A stretch of 64,000 nucleotides of DNA from contig CAWDML010000005.1 in NCBI GenBank assembly GCA_963803435.1, forward strand, positions 96,001 to 160,000, in the 5' to 3' direction. Below, in pieces: positions 9,515 through 20,151 of the stretch. Both the position numbers and the translations under genes were made by a program. Source of the stretch: an uncultured delta proteobacterium (lineage in GTDB: Bacteria > Myxococcota > Kuafuiibacteriia > Kuafuiibacteriales > Kuafuiibacteriaceae). Below the pieces are notes generated by a model, which searched no databases, was not told where the DNA came from, and worked only from the letters and a program-made list of their open reading frames with translations. The first letter of the stretch is position 1. Every line of letters begins with the position of its first letter.

Positions 9515-10123
9515 ATGCAGCCCCTGCGCCTCGTCGTTTTGGCCGCTTTCCTCTCCACCGGCCTGTTCGCCGCCTCCGCCCATGCGGAGGGAACCTACTT
9601 CCTGGTCGAGCTGAACACCGGCGTGGGCGAGTCGGCGTATTCGACGGGGAGCGTCGGCCTGAACTACGGCCTCAGCCTCGGGACCTCGTTCAAGCTCAAG
9701 GCTCTCCCGCTCCGCTGGTACGTGCTCGCGTCGCTGGTGGGTCGGAACGCGAGCACCAGCGGCACGCATGGGGGCGTCCCGTATGTGGCCGAGCGCGTCG
9801 ACCTGGATCTGTATGGCGCCCTTCGGACCGTACTCCCCATCTGGCGCATGCTGCGGATCTACGCCGAGGTCGGGGCGGGCAATCGCTTTCTCTTCAACAC
9901 GATCCGGCGGGGCGACGACCTCGGCACCATCGACGGCCGCGACCATGCCCTCCTCTTCGTCCTCGCGCTCGGATTGCAAGCTCGATTGACAGAGACGTTC
10001 TCCGTCGGCCTCCGCGGCGAGATGACACCGATCGGGAGGGCCGATCTCGCGTCGCACGTCGCGGATGTCACCCCGACCGAGAACCGCCTCTCGGCCTTCG
10101 CGCAGCTGGGGATCCACTTCTAG
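9515..10123 (+). CDS. Outer-membrane beta-barrel protein
   Basis: Signal peptide ending AHA, alternating beta pattern, C-terminal FAQLGIHF. Confidence 0.75.
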   Translation: MQPLRLVVLAAFLSTGLFAASAHAEGTYFLVELNTGVGESAYSTGSVGLNYGLSLGTSFKLKALPLRWYVLASLVGRNASTSGTHGGVPYVAERVDLDLYGALRTVLPIWRMLRIYAEVGAGNRFLFNTIRRGDDLGTIDGRDHALLFVLALGLQARLTETFSVGLRGEMTPIGRADLASHVADVTPTENRLSAFAQLGIHF

Positions 10124-11106
10124 TGCGCGCCGCGATCCCCGCGCTCCTTCTTCCTCTCGCGTTCGCGTGCGGTGGTGCTGAGGACGCTCGCGTCGAGCTC
10201 GACCTCCGCACCCAGCCGTGCACCGGTGGAGCGTGCACCGTCCACCTCAGCGGCGACGGGCTCATCTACACGGCGGGCAGCGAGAACGCGCAGGGCTACG
10301 CCGGCGAGGACACGCTCTACGCCGAGGTGTACACGTCGTCGGGCGCGCTCGCCCTGATCGAGATCGGCGTCAGCGATCTCGGGGTGCGGACGGTCCGCTA
10401 TCGTGAGATCGTCGACGGCGACGTGGTGCTGGCCGGCCGCGTCGAGAACGCGGCGGTCAAGGTCCTGGAGAACGGCTGGACCTTCGCCTTCGAGGCCTAC
10501 GATTCGCGCGGGCCGAGCGACGCTCCACCGGTGCGCGTCATCAGCAACGGCAGGGTGGTCCCGGGAGAGCGGACCCGCGTGCGCGGCGGTCCCGTGGGGA
10601 CCGCTCCAGGTTTCGAGGGGCCGAGCGGTGCGGCCGACGCGGGCGTCCGGCCGGCCAATCCGCCGCCGACCCCGGACGCGGGGACCGACGCCGGAACCCG
10701 GCCGCCTCCTCCTCCGCCTCCCCCGCCTCCTCCTCCTCCGCCTCCTCCGCCTCCTCCGGCGCCGGTCGTGGTGGTCGATTCGGGCGGGTGCGACGCGCCG
10801 GACGACTACGGCTCGGGTTGCGACGGCTGCGACACCGGCAGCAGCGGCGGCTGTGAGGGCGACTCGTCCGGCGGCGGTTGCGACAGCAGCAGCTCCAGCG
10901 GTTGCGAGGGCGATACCGCCGCCTCCGCGGGTAACTGCGACAGCTGCGAAGGCGACGTGGCCTTCGCGGAGCCCCCCGAGGTCCGCAATCGGCGGGCGAT
11001 GCTGGGGCTGTTGCGACTGTCCTGGCCGGTGTGGCTCGCCGGTTGGTTCAACCGACGAAGAAGGAAGCGGATCGCGCGCGTTCTCAGATCGTCCGCTCTC
11101 GACTGA
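10123..11106 (+). CDS. Lipoprotein with poly-Pro linker and Cys/Gly/Ser repeat region
   Basis: Lipobox LAFAC, poly-Pro tract, SGC(D/E)G repeats, hydrophobic segment plus RRRRKR tail. Confidence 0.7.
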   Translation: MRAAIPALLLPLAFACGGAEDARVELDLRTQPCTGGACTVHLSGDGLIYTAGSENAQGYAGEDTLYAEVYTSSGALALIEIGVSDLGVRTVRYREIVDGDVVLAGRVENAAVKVLENGWTFAFEAYDSRGPSDAPPVRVISNGRVVPGERTRVRGGPVGTAPGFEGPSGAADAGVRPANPPPTPDAGTDAGTRPPPPPPPPPPPPPPPPPPPAPVVVVDSGGCDAPDDYGSGCDGCDTGSSGGCEGDSSGGGCDSSSSSGCEGDTAASAGNCDSCEGDVAFAEPPEVRNRRAMLGLLRLSWPVWLAGWFNRRRRKRIARVLRSSALD

Positions 11107-12814
11107 ACATGTCACCTGCAGCGGGCGTCTCGGTCCGCGACGATGCGACCACCACCACCGTGCCCGTCAGATGGTCGTGAAACGTCCGCGCGCGGCGATC
11201 GAGGATCAGCCACAGGTAGCCGGCGCCCCCCAAGAGGACGCTGAACAGCGAGAGCACGGCCCGCACGATGGCGCGCGGCATCCCAGTCCGGGCGCCGGTC
11301 TTCTTGCGGACCAGCTCGAGCCCGCAGACGAGCTTCCCGAGCGAGCGTCCGGCCAGCCCGTGGCTCAGCGCCGACGAGATCAACATCAGCCCGAACAACA
11401 GGACCAGCGGCAACGTCAAGTTGCCTTGCACCAGCATGACGCCGACGTCGTCGGGGTCGAGCCAATCGGCCGAAGCCAGGCGGTCACCGAACACGCCCAG
11501 GAGGAGCGGCACCGCGACCAGGGCGAGCAGCACGACCGAATCGATCACCAGCGCCAGCAGCCGACGCTTGCCGGACGCCAGGCGCAGCTGGATCCGCGTC
11601 TCCCCGACCTCGACCCTCGGCGCCGTCACCTCCGGCGTGCTGGGCACCGGGATGAGATTGGAGATCCCGGAGATGCCGGCGGGGTGGGAGAGCGGATTGT
11701 CAATCAGCGCGTGCGTCTGCTCGAGTCGAATCAATCGCTCCCGCAGCTCCTCCGGGTTCGTGGTCTCGTTGCTCTGGCGCATCTCGAGGCGCCGCGCATC
11801 GCGCGGATCGCGCTCGCTCGGCTCGTCGAAGAGCACGTCGAGCAGGGAGGGCTCCGGGCGGGGAAGGGTGCGTCCGGTCGGCTTGCCCCCGCCCGTCGTC
11901 GGCCGGCGGGTCGCCGCCGGGGACATCAGATCGTCGACCAGCTCGGGCCGGGCCGGCGGGCCGTCCCTTCGACCGCGGGCGAGCCCGGCCAGCTCGCCGG
12001 GGGCTGCGATCGTCTCACCGCCGACCAGCGGGCCGTGGCGCGTCTCTTCGTTCACCGGGCGCGCCGGGTACTTCGCCCCGGTCACCGGCTTGTTCTCGAG
12101 GAGATCGTGGTTGCGGCGGCGCTCGAGGGGCGGCGGTCCGGGCGGTGCTCGCTTGAGCGGGGGCGCGACGGGCTTGGTCTGTCCGGACGGCCAGGGCTCC
12201 GAGCCGAAGGCCGGCAGCTCCTGCGGAGCCACGCTCGGCTTCGGCGCCGCGGTGCGCGGCCGGCGCGGCAAGAGCGGGGATGGATCCGGCGGGATCTGGA
12301 CCACGCCTTCGTCGGTGTCGGCGTCGAGGGAGGTGTTGGGCGTGAGCGCAGGCTGGGTTGCACGAGGGAGGCGGCGGGCCGGAGCAGGCGGCGGAGGTGC
12401 GCGGCGCCGCTCGAGGCCCGGCACCGAGGTGGGCGCGGTCCCCTTGCTGCGGGTGCCGGCCGCCTCGACGATCTCCTCCCACGGTTCATCTGCCAGCGGC
12501 GCGATCTCGGTGTTGGCGCGATCGGAGGGGACGCGCTTGGTGAAGCCGACGTCGGCGATGGGCGGCGGCTCGCTCCGCCTTCGCGGCGTTGGCTCGGTGC
12601 TCGACGAGCTCTTGACCGTCTCATCGTCGAGGAGGTCCACCTCGAACAGCGCGCGCCGCGGCAGCGGTCCCACGCCGGTGGGCTTGGGCCGCGGTCGGCG
12701 CTCGCGCGACGACTCGGGCAGAGTCTCTTCGAGTCGCTCGGACAGCGTGCTCCCGCACCGTACGCACTGGACGGCGTGAGCACGGTTCGGCGTTCCGCAC
12801 CGAGGGCAAAGCAA
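11084..12814 (-). CDS. Zinc-ribbon plus RDD family protein
   Basis: CPRC..CVRC N-terminus; RRLLALVID, GRSLGKLVCGL, RTFHDHLTGTVVV RDD motifs. Confidence 0.85.
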   Translation of the reverse strand: MLCPRCGTPNRAHAVQCVRCGSTLSERLEETLPESSRERRPRPKPTGVGPLPRRALFEVDLLDDETVKSSSSTEPTPRRRSEPPPIADVGFTKRVPSDRANTEIAPLADEPWEEIVEAAGTRSKGTAPTSVPGLERRRAPPPPAPARRLPRATQPALTPNTSLDADTDEGVVQIPPDPSPLLPRRPRTAAPKPSVAPQELPAFGSEPWPSGQTKPVAPPLKRAPPGPPPLERRRNHDLLENKPVTGAKYPARPVNEETRHGPLVGGETIAAPGELAGLARGRRDGPPARPELVDDLMSPAATRRPTTGGGKPTGRTLPRPEPSLLDVLFDEPSERDPRDARRLEMRQSNETTNPEELRERLIRLEQTHALIDNPLSHPAGISGISNLIPVPSTPEVTAPRVEVGETRIQLRLASGKRRLLALVIDSVVLLALVAVPLLLGVFGDRLASADWLDPDDVGVMLVQGNLTLPLVLLFGLMLISSALSHGLAGRSLGKLVCGLELVRKKTGARTGMPRAIVRAVLSLFSVLLGGAGYLWLILDRRARTFHDHLTGTVVVVASSRTETPAAGDMFSRERTI

Positions 12815-12826
12815 AGCCAGGGAATC

Positions 12827-13545
12827 CTACGAAAGAAGGTCGAGCGCGTCGACCGGCCCGGCCACCCCGAGGATCTCCCTCCAGAATGCGGGCGTTGCGG
12901 CGAGGAGGGCCAAGGATTCACCCGTCCCCGGGTGCGGTCCGGCCAGCTGCTGGGCGTGGAGCATGAGGTGCTTCGGCCGGGCGCCTCCGGCCTCGCGAAC
13001 GGCCCGGCTCCAGCGCTTGTTGGCGGCGAAGTCGCCGTGCTTGTCGTCCATCAGAACGGGATGTCCGACGAGCGCGAGGTGCCGGCGGATTCTGGTGCAT
13101 TCGTCCGGTCTCGATGGTGGCGGCGAGCAGCGTGCCCTTAGGTTCGAGCCGGCCGAGCGCGGCGAGCGCCCGGATCACCGTGCGCGCGCTCTGGGGTTTG
13201 CCGTCATCGTCGGCCAGGGGTCGATCGATCGTCCGCTCGCCCTCGACCCGTCCGAGGGCCACGGCAAGGTAGCGCTTCGTGTACCGATCCCACACCGCGC
13301 TCGCGCGCTTCGCCATCTCCGACGACTTCGCCACCAGCAGCACGCCGCTGGTCGCCTTGTCGATCCGATGCACGAGGAACAGCTTGCGCCGCGCCGGATA
13401 GGCGGCCTCGAGCAGCTCGAGGGCGGTGCGACCGCCGCCGGCGCCGCCGTGGACGGACATCCCGGGCGGCTTCGAGACCGCCAGCAGGAGGTCGTCCTCG
13501 AACAGAATCTGGAGGCTCTTGAGCTGGGCCGGATCGGCGCGGTCG

Positions 13546-13556
<11 letters not shown>
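12827..13556 (-). CDS. RluA-family pseudouridine synthase, frameshifted near 13090 (probable sequence error)
   Basis: KPPGMSVH, HRIDKATSG, TGRMHQ, then IRRHLALVGHPVLMDDKHG and LMLHA in the next frame. Confidence 0.85.
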
Positions 13557-14958
<1,402 letters not shown>

Positions 14959-14992
14959 GGAACCTAAGCCTCAAACGGTCATAGCATCTGAC

Positions 14993-15295
14993 CTAAGTGT
15001 GGGCAATGGTGGAGCGTTTGCGGCGCCGTGTCTCCGCCGCCTCCGCGAGCACGTTCACTCGGGTGGTAATGTCGGTCATTTCCCTCTCCAGGGTTCGGAT
15101 GTGGTCATAGAGTCGTTCCACCTCCTGCTGAGAGGGGAGGTTGGTGGCCGCGAGGATGCGACCGACGTTGCGCTCGAGCGCGCGTCGCGCATCGAGGCTC
15201 TTCAGCAGCGCGCGCTGCACGCCGCCGAACACGCGCTGATTGCCGAGCAACCGCGACGCCGCATGGACCACCCGATCCCGCGCCTCTCGCAGCAT
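14993..15295 (-). CDS. Small coiled-coil protein, granule-associated/phasin-like
   Basis: NLPSQQEVERL motif followed by a coiled coil; divergent from the ArsA-like pair. Confidence 0.55.
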   Translation of the reverse strand: MLREARDRVVHAASRLLGNQRVFGGVQRALLKSLDARRALERNVGRILAATNLPSQQEVERLYDHIRTLEREMTDITTRVNVLAEAAETRRRKRSTIAHT

Positions 15296-15327
15296 CGGAC
15301 CACCCTAACACATGGTGATGGACCTCG

Positions 15328-16260
15328 ATGCTTCGGCATGCGATTTCTCGGCGGTCCGTGGGCGTGCCGGAGATCTGGGATCGGGAGCTGGTGCTGGTCA
15401 CCGGAAAGGGCGGCGTCGGAAAGACCACCATCGCGGCGGCGCTGGCGCGAAAAGCTCACCACGCGGGCCGTCGCGTCGTGATCGGCGACGTCTCCTCGGA
15501 CGCGACCACCCGGTCCCAGCTCCTGGAGCTGTTCGGCCACGGCCACCTGAAGTCGGACGACCCGGTGGAGATGTCGCCCGGGCTGTACGGAATCCGTATC
15601 ATGCCCTCCACCGGGCACAAGCTCTTCCTACGCGCCGCGCTCAAGGTGCGGATGTTCGTCGATGCTGCGATGCGTTCGGCGGCCCTCAACCGCTTCCTGA
15701 TGGCGGCTCCGACGTTTCCCGAGATCGGGACGCTCTACCACTTGGTCCACATCCTCAGGATGAAACGGTTCGACCACGTCATCCTGGATCTCCCTGCGAC
15801 CGGCCATGCGCTGGGGCTGGCGTCGCTCCCGAAGACCGTGCTCAAGATTCTGCCGACGGGGCTGATCGGTGACGCGATCCGGGACGGCCTGGCGGTGATG
15901 ACCGATCCCGCCCGGGGCGCGGCGGTCATCGTGACGCTCCCCGAGCACATGCCCGTGACCGAGGCGCTCGAGCTGGGGGACGGGCTCCAGAAGCTCTCCA
16001 TCGCGATCCGGTCCACGATCCTGAACAAGATGCCGGCCAATCCGTTCTCCGAGGAGGAGCGCCGGGCCCTGGATGCCCACATCCGCGGCCGCGCCGGCAG
16101 CCTCCTCCTCGGCACGCGGGAGCTCCGGAAGCTGGAGCGGGCGATCCAGGCGCAAAAGATGTATCGGGCCATGGTGCCGCCGGAGCAGCAGCTCGAGGTG
16201 CCGTTGTTGAGCGCACCCGACGCGTCCGGGATCCTCGCGAAGGTGGAGCAGGCGCTGTGA
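15328..16260 (+). CDS. ArsA-related P-loop ATPase 1
   Basis: GKGGVGKTT, ILDLPATGH, VTLPEHMPVTE. Confidence 0.9.
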   Translation: MLRHAISRRSVGVPEIWDRELVLVTGKGGVGKTTIAAALARKAHHAGRRVVIGDVSSDATTRSQLLELFGHGHLKSDDPVEMSPGLYGIRIMPSTGHKLFLRAALKVRMFVDAAMRSAALNRFLMAAPTFPEIGTLYHLVHILRMKRFDHVILDLPATGHALGLASLPKTVLKILPTGLIGDAIRDGLAVMTDPARGAAVIVTLPEHMPVTEALELGDGLQKLSIAIRSTILNKMPANPFSEEERRALDAHIRGRAGSLLLGTRELRKLERAIQAQKMYRAMVPPEQQLEVPLLSAPDASGILAKVEQAL

Positions 16261-17360
16261 AGCTCGGCCGGCTGGTGAGGGAGAAGAGCGTGATCGTGGT
16301 GTGCGGCGCCGGCGGCGTCGGCAAGACCACCACCTCTGCGGCCATGGCTCTGGCGGCCGCGCGCGACGGCCGGCGCGCGCTGGTGCTCACGATCGATCCC
16401 GCAAGGCGACTTGCGCAAGCGCTCGGCATCCCGCCCACCGGCAAGGAGCCGATCCAGATCGGGCGCCACCTGCTCGAGCGGCACGGAATCGAGCTTCCGG
16501 CGAAGGGCGAGCTCCACGCCTGGATGCTCGATCCGCGGGTGGTGCTCGAGGGGGTCGTCGATCGCTTCGCGCCCAAGCCGGAGGACGCCAAGCGGATCCG
16601 CGAGACGCGCCTCTACAGCGCGCTGACCGAGGTGATCGTGGGCCTGCAGGAGTACACGGCGGCCGAGGCCCTCTACACGTTTCGCGAGGAGGGCCGCTTC
16701 GACGTCATCATTCTCGACACCCCGCCCTCCCGCAACGCGCTCGACTTCCTCGACGCGCCTCGCCGCCTCGCCCGGTTCCTCGACGAGCGAACGCTCTCGA
16801 TCTTCGCGCCGGAGGACAAGAAGCTGAACCCGGTTCTCAGGGCTGCCTCCCGGATCGTGTTCTCCGCCATCAGCAAGGCGTTCGGCGAGCCCTTCGCGCA
16901 CGAGCTCCAGAACTTCCTGGGAGCCTTCGGCAAGCTGTTCCACAAGATGCGCATTCACGCCGGCGGTGTTCGCAAGCTCCTCCAGTCGGACAGCTCCGCG
17001 TTCGTGGTGGTCACATCGCCGGAGGACGCGGCGCTGTCGGAGGCGATCTACTTCAAGGGTCGTATCAAGGATCTCGGGCTGGTCACCGAGGGCTTCGTCC
17101 TCAACCGCAGCTACGGGAGCGACCAGCCGTTCGAGCATCCGCAGGGGATGAGCGGCATCTCCGGGCTCGAGAAGCTGATCCCGATGGCCGACCTCGAGGC
17201 GGAGCGCGTCAAGGCCGATCACGCGCTCCTGGCGACGCTCGAGAAGGAAGGCAAGAAGAGCGGCGGGCACGGTGCGATGGCGTTGCCGTATCTCGACGAG
17301 GCGGTCGAGGATTTGCCGGCGCTCAACGTGCTCTCGAACTCCATCATGGCCTCGACCTGA
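16257..17360 (+). CDS. ArsA-related P-loop ATPase 2
   Basis: GAGGVGKTT, TIDPARRLA, LDTPPSRNALDFLDAP; overlaps the stop of the first ATPase. Confidence 0.9.
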   Translation: MKLGRLVREKSVIVVCGAGGVGKTTTSAAMALAAARDGRRALVLTIDPARRLAQALGIPPTGKEPIQIGRHLLERHGIELPAKGELHAWMLDPRVVLEGVVDRFAPKPEDAKRIRETRLYSALTEVIVGLQEYTAAEALYTFREEGRFDVIILDTPPSRNALDFLDAPRRLARFLDERTLSIFAPEDKKLNPVLRAASRIVFSAISKAFGEPFAHELQNFLGAFGKLFHKMRIHAGGVRKLLQSDSSAFVVVTSPEDAALSEAIYFKGRIKDLGLVTEGFVLNRSYGSDQPFEHPQGMSGISGLEKLIPMADLEAERVKADHALLATLEKEGKKSGGHGAMALPYLDEAVEDLPALNVLSNSIMAST

Positions 17361-17368
17361 GGCTCGCC

Positions 17369-17713
17369 TCAGACCAGGCTCACCGGCCCGTGGTCGTCGC
17401 AGTGCCCGTCGTGCGGGTGGTGCAGGTGGTCCTCTACCAGATAGTCGATGTGTCCCGCGTGTGGGATCGCCTCATGGCCGCAGCCCGGGCCGTGCGTGTG
17501 CTCTTCGTCGTGGGACGCACACTCGTGCTGCGGCGTGCAGCGGTCTGGGTTCTCCTTGGTGGCGCGCAGCTCGCAGCAGTCCGTGTGCCCAGCGTGCTCG
17601 TGGTGCAGGTGTCCCTCGTGCAGATAGTCGACGTGCCCCTCGTGGGCGATCCCGACGTGGCCGCAGCTCGGACCGTGCCGGTGGGCGTGGTTCTCGTGGA
17701 TGGGATGCTCCAT
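17369..17713 (-). CDS. Histidine/cysteine-rich putative metal-binding protein
   Basis: Two repeats of HxHGPxCGHxxIxHxGHxDYLxxxHLH. Confidence 0.75.
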   Translation of the reverse strand: MEHPIHENHAHRHGPSCGHVGIAHEGHVDYLHEGHLHHEHAGHTDCCELRATKENPDRCTPQHECASHDEEHTHGPGCGHEAIPHAGHIDYLVEDHLHHPHDGHCDDHGPVSLV

Positions 17714-17805
17714 GCCTCTAGCGTCGGAGCCGAGGTCGGGAGGGTCAACGCGGCGAATCGCGACGCTGGACGTGGGGCCCCCGGTCGCGCACAGATCGCG
17801 GCGTC

Positions 17806-19206
17806 ATGACTCCCGAGGAATTCCGTCACGCCGGGTATCGAACGATCGATTGGATCGCCGACTATCTCCAGCAGGTCGAGAAGTATCCGGTCCGCTCGCG
17901 CGTCGCGCCGGGTGAGGTGCGCGGACAGCTCCCCCCGCATGCGCCGGAGCAGGGCGAGGCGTACGACGCGATCCTCGGCGATCTCGAGCGCGTCATCCTT
18001 CCCGGCGTGACGCACTGGCAGTCGCCGAGCTTCTTCGCCTACTTCCCCGCGAACGCCTCGCCGCCCGCCATCCTCGGCGAGCTGGTCGCCGCGGGTCTCG
18101 GCGTGCAAGGCATGATCTGGGCGACCAGCCCCGCGTGCACCGAGCTCGAGACGCACGTGCTCGACTGGCTCGTCGAGCTGCTCGCGCTGCCCGCGCGATT
18201 CGCCTCGAGCGGCGCCGGCGGCGGCGTCATCCAGGACACAGCCTCCAGCTCGACGCTGTGCGCGATGCTCGCCGCCCGCGAGCGCGCGACCGGCTTCGAG
18301 ACCAACGAGGGCGGCGTCGATCGCACGCTGACGGCCTACACCTCGGATCAAGCTCACTCCTCGGTGGAGAAGGCCGCCGGCATCGCGGGCATCGGCCGGC
18401 GGCAGCTCCGCCAGATCCCGGTGGATCGGGCCTACGCCATGGACCCCGTCGCCCTGGCCCAGGCGATCGCCGACGACCGGCGCGCGGGCCGCTTGCCCTT
18501 CTTCGTCAGCGCCACCGTGGGCACCACCTCGTCGACCGCGATCGATCCGATCCCCGCGATCGCCGAGATCTGCCGCCGCGAGGGCGTGTGGCTCCACGTC
18601 GACGCCGCACACGCCGGCAGCGCCGCGATCTGTCCCGAGCTCCGCTGGATCCACGACGGCCTGGAGCATGCCGACAGCTTCACGTTCAACCCCCACAAGT
18701 GGCTGCTCACGAACTTCGACTGCAACTGCTTCTACGTCGCCGACCGCGCCGCGCTGATTCGAACGCTCACCGTGCTCCCCGAGTACCTGAAGAACAGCGC
18801 GACCGCGTCGGGCGCGGTCTTCGATTATCGCGACTGGCACATCCCGCTCGGCCGCCGCTTCCGCGCGCTCAAGCTCTGGTTCGTGATCCGACACTACGGC
18901 GCCGAAGGCCTGCGTGCGCACATCCGCCGGCACGTCGCGCTGGCGCAGGCGCTCGCCGGCTGGATCGCTGCCGATCCTCACTTCGAGCTGGCGGCCCCCG
19001 CCCCGCTCAACCTCGTCTGCTTCCGGCACGTCGGCGGCGACTCAGATACGCAGCGGATCCTCGAGCAGCTCAACGACGGCGGAGAGATCTACCTGACGCA
19101 CACCAAGCTCGACGGCCGGGTGGTGCTGCGGATGGCCGTGGGCGGCGCGTCCACCGAGCGCCGCCACGTCGAGCGGGCCTGGGCGCTGATCCAGTCGCTC
19201 GCCTGA
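17806..19206 (+). CDS. PLP-dependent aromatic-L-amino-acid decarboxylase family (group II)
   Basis: PGVTHWQSP, SPACTELE, WLHVDAA, FNPHKW, GRRFRALKLW. Confidence 0.95.
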   Translation: MTPEEFRHAGYRTIDWIADYLQQVEKYPVRSRVAPGEVRGQLPPHAPEQGEAYDAILGDLERVILPGVTHWQSPSFFAYFPANASPPAILGELVAAGLGVQGMIWATSPACTELETHVLDWLVELLALPARFASSGAGGGVIQDTASSSTLCAMLAARERATGFETNEGGVDRTLTAYTSDQAHSSVEKAAGIAGIGRRQLRQIPVDRAYAMDPVALAQAIADDRRAGRLPFFVSATVGTTSSTAIDPIPAIAEICRREGVWLHVDAAHAGSAAICPELRWIHDGLEHADSFTFNPHKWLLTNFDCNCFYVADRAALIRTLTVLPEYLKNSATASGAVFDYRDWHIPLGRRFRALKLWFVIRHYGAEGLRAHIRRHVALAQALAGWIAADPHFELAAPAPLNLVCFRHVGGDSDTQRILEQLNDGGEIYLTHTKLDGRVVLRMAVGGASTERRHVERAWALIQSLA

Positions 19207-19268
19207 GGACGGCGGACTGTAACCTCGGAGTAAGAGCCCGCCAGGCGACAGTCTGCGAGACTCTCTCC

Positions 19269-19613
19269 ATGGCCATCGACGCCCTCGCCCGCAGCATCGC
19301 CCAGCTCGGCCCGCGCACGCAGCGCGTGGGAGGCCGCATCGCGGTCCTCGTCACCGACGCCCAGGCCGCGTGCGTGGTGGATCTGTCGGTGGCCGGCGGC
19401 CGCTGGACCGAGGGCGTCGCCGACGACGCCGACTGCGCGATCGTGGGGACCCGCCGCGCTCTGCGGGCGTTTGGCGATCCGGAGGCCTTCCGCGCTGCGC
19501 TCGACGGCGGCGAGCTCGCGGTGCTGGGCGCCGTGGACAAGCTGCAGGCGCTGGTCCGGATGATCGAGGCGGGTCCGGGCTGGGCCCGCGAGTTGCGCGC
19601 GGCTGCGGCCTAG
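19269..19613 (+). CDS. SCP2 sterol/lipid-binding-like small protein
   Basis: ADCAIVG..ALDGGELAVLG pattern, about 114 aa. Confidence 0.5.
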   Translation: MAIDALARSIAQLGPRTQRVGGRIAVLVTDAQAACVVDLSVAGGRWTEGVADDADCAIVGTRRALRAFGDPEAFRAALDGGELAVLGAVDKLQALVRMIEAGPGWARELRAAAA

Positions 19614-19642
19614 GAGCGTGTAGCGCGTAGCGCTACCGCGAG

Positions 19643-19676
19643 CCCGGTCCGGGTCCCGGTCCCGGTCCCGGTCCCG
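19643..19676. repeat. (CCCGGT)n subterminal hexamer array
   Basis: cccggtccgggtcccggtcccggtcccggtcccg. Confidence 0.9.
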
Positions 19677-19683
19677 ATGGCGA

Positions 19684-20032
19684 TCATGCAGCCCGGCGTG
19701 CGTTCATCGACTTGATGAGGCGCGTGGAGCTTGGCTCTGGCGGCTTGGACCTTCTGCTCGTTGGCGAGTCGGCGCCTCAAGCAGGTGTGGAGTGAGGCGG
19801 CGCTTTCGGTGCCAGAGCGAAGTGCCATCCGGTAGAAGCGAGCCTTCTCAGGTGGATTGAACTCTCCGGCGCCCTCGGCGGTGTCGTTCACGATGGAATC
19901 GGATGCCCGCCGAAGCTGATCGCGGACGTGAGCGTGACCGGGTTGCAGTTCTTGTGCGATCTCTTCAGCGATGTCGGCCTACTCGACGGCGAGCTGGTAG
20001 ACCTCGAGCTTCTCGTGATCGAAAGTGATCAT
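19684..20032 (-). pseudogene. Four-helix-bundle protein (23S rRNA IVS/Avd-like) with premature TAG and 20-bp deletion
   Basis: FDHEKLEVYQLA, DQLRRASDSIVN.TAEG.GE, KARFYRMALRS.TE; TAG at 19979-19981 where copy 2 has TAT. Confidence 0.85.
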
Positions 20033-20046
20033 GCAAGCTAGCTTGC
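20033..20046. promoter_or_regulatory. Perfect 14-bp palindrome GCAAGCTAGCTTGC between the divergent element genes
   Basis: Abuts the four-helix-bundle start codon; identical at 63181-63194. Confidence 0.5.
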
Positions 20047-20151
20047 GGTAGCTCGTCCACTTTGACCAGCAGAAGGTCTTGGAGGTCGTTTCGTCTGGAA
20101 TCGATCGTTGGGCGGATCGACTTCGACGCCTGGACTTGATCCCATGGTTTC

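Noticed and set aside
10703-10760. (CCT/CCG)n microsatellite as a contingency locus
   Set aside because: In-frame triplet repeat encoding a poly-Pro linker; length change would not switch the frame
15328-17713. Arsenic-resistance operon
   Set aside because: No arsB/acr3, arsC, arsD or arsR, and the ATPases lack the metalloid-binding Cys pattern
19614-19680. CRISPR or guide-RNA array
   Set aside because: The repeats are contiguous hexamers with no unique spacers, and no cas genes are in the window
19979-19981. Programmed readthrough or pyrrolysine at the in-frame TAG of the bundle gene
   Set aside because: Copy 2 has TAT (Tyr) here and the same gene also has a frameshifting deletion, so simple decay explains it
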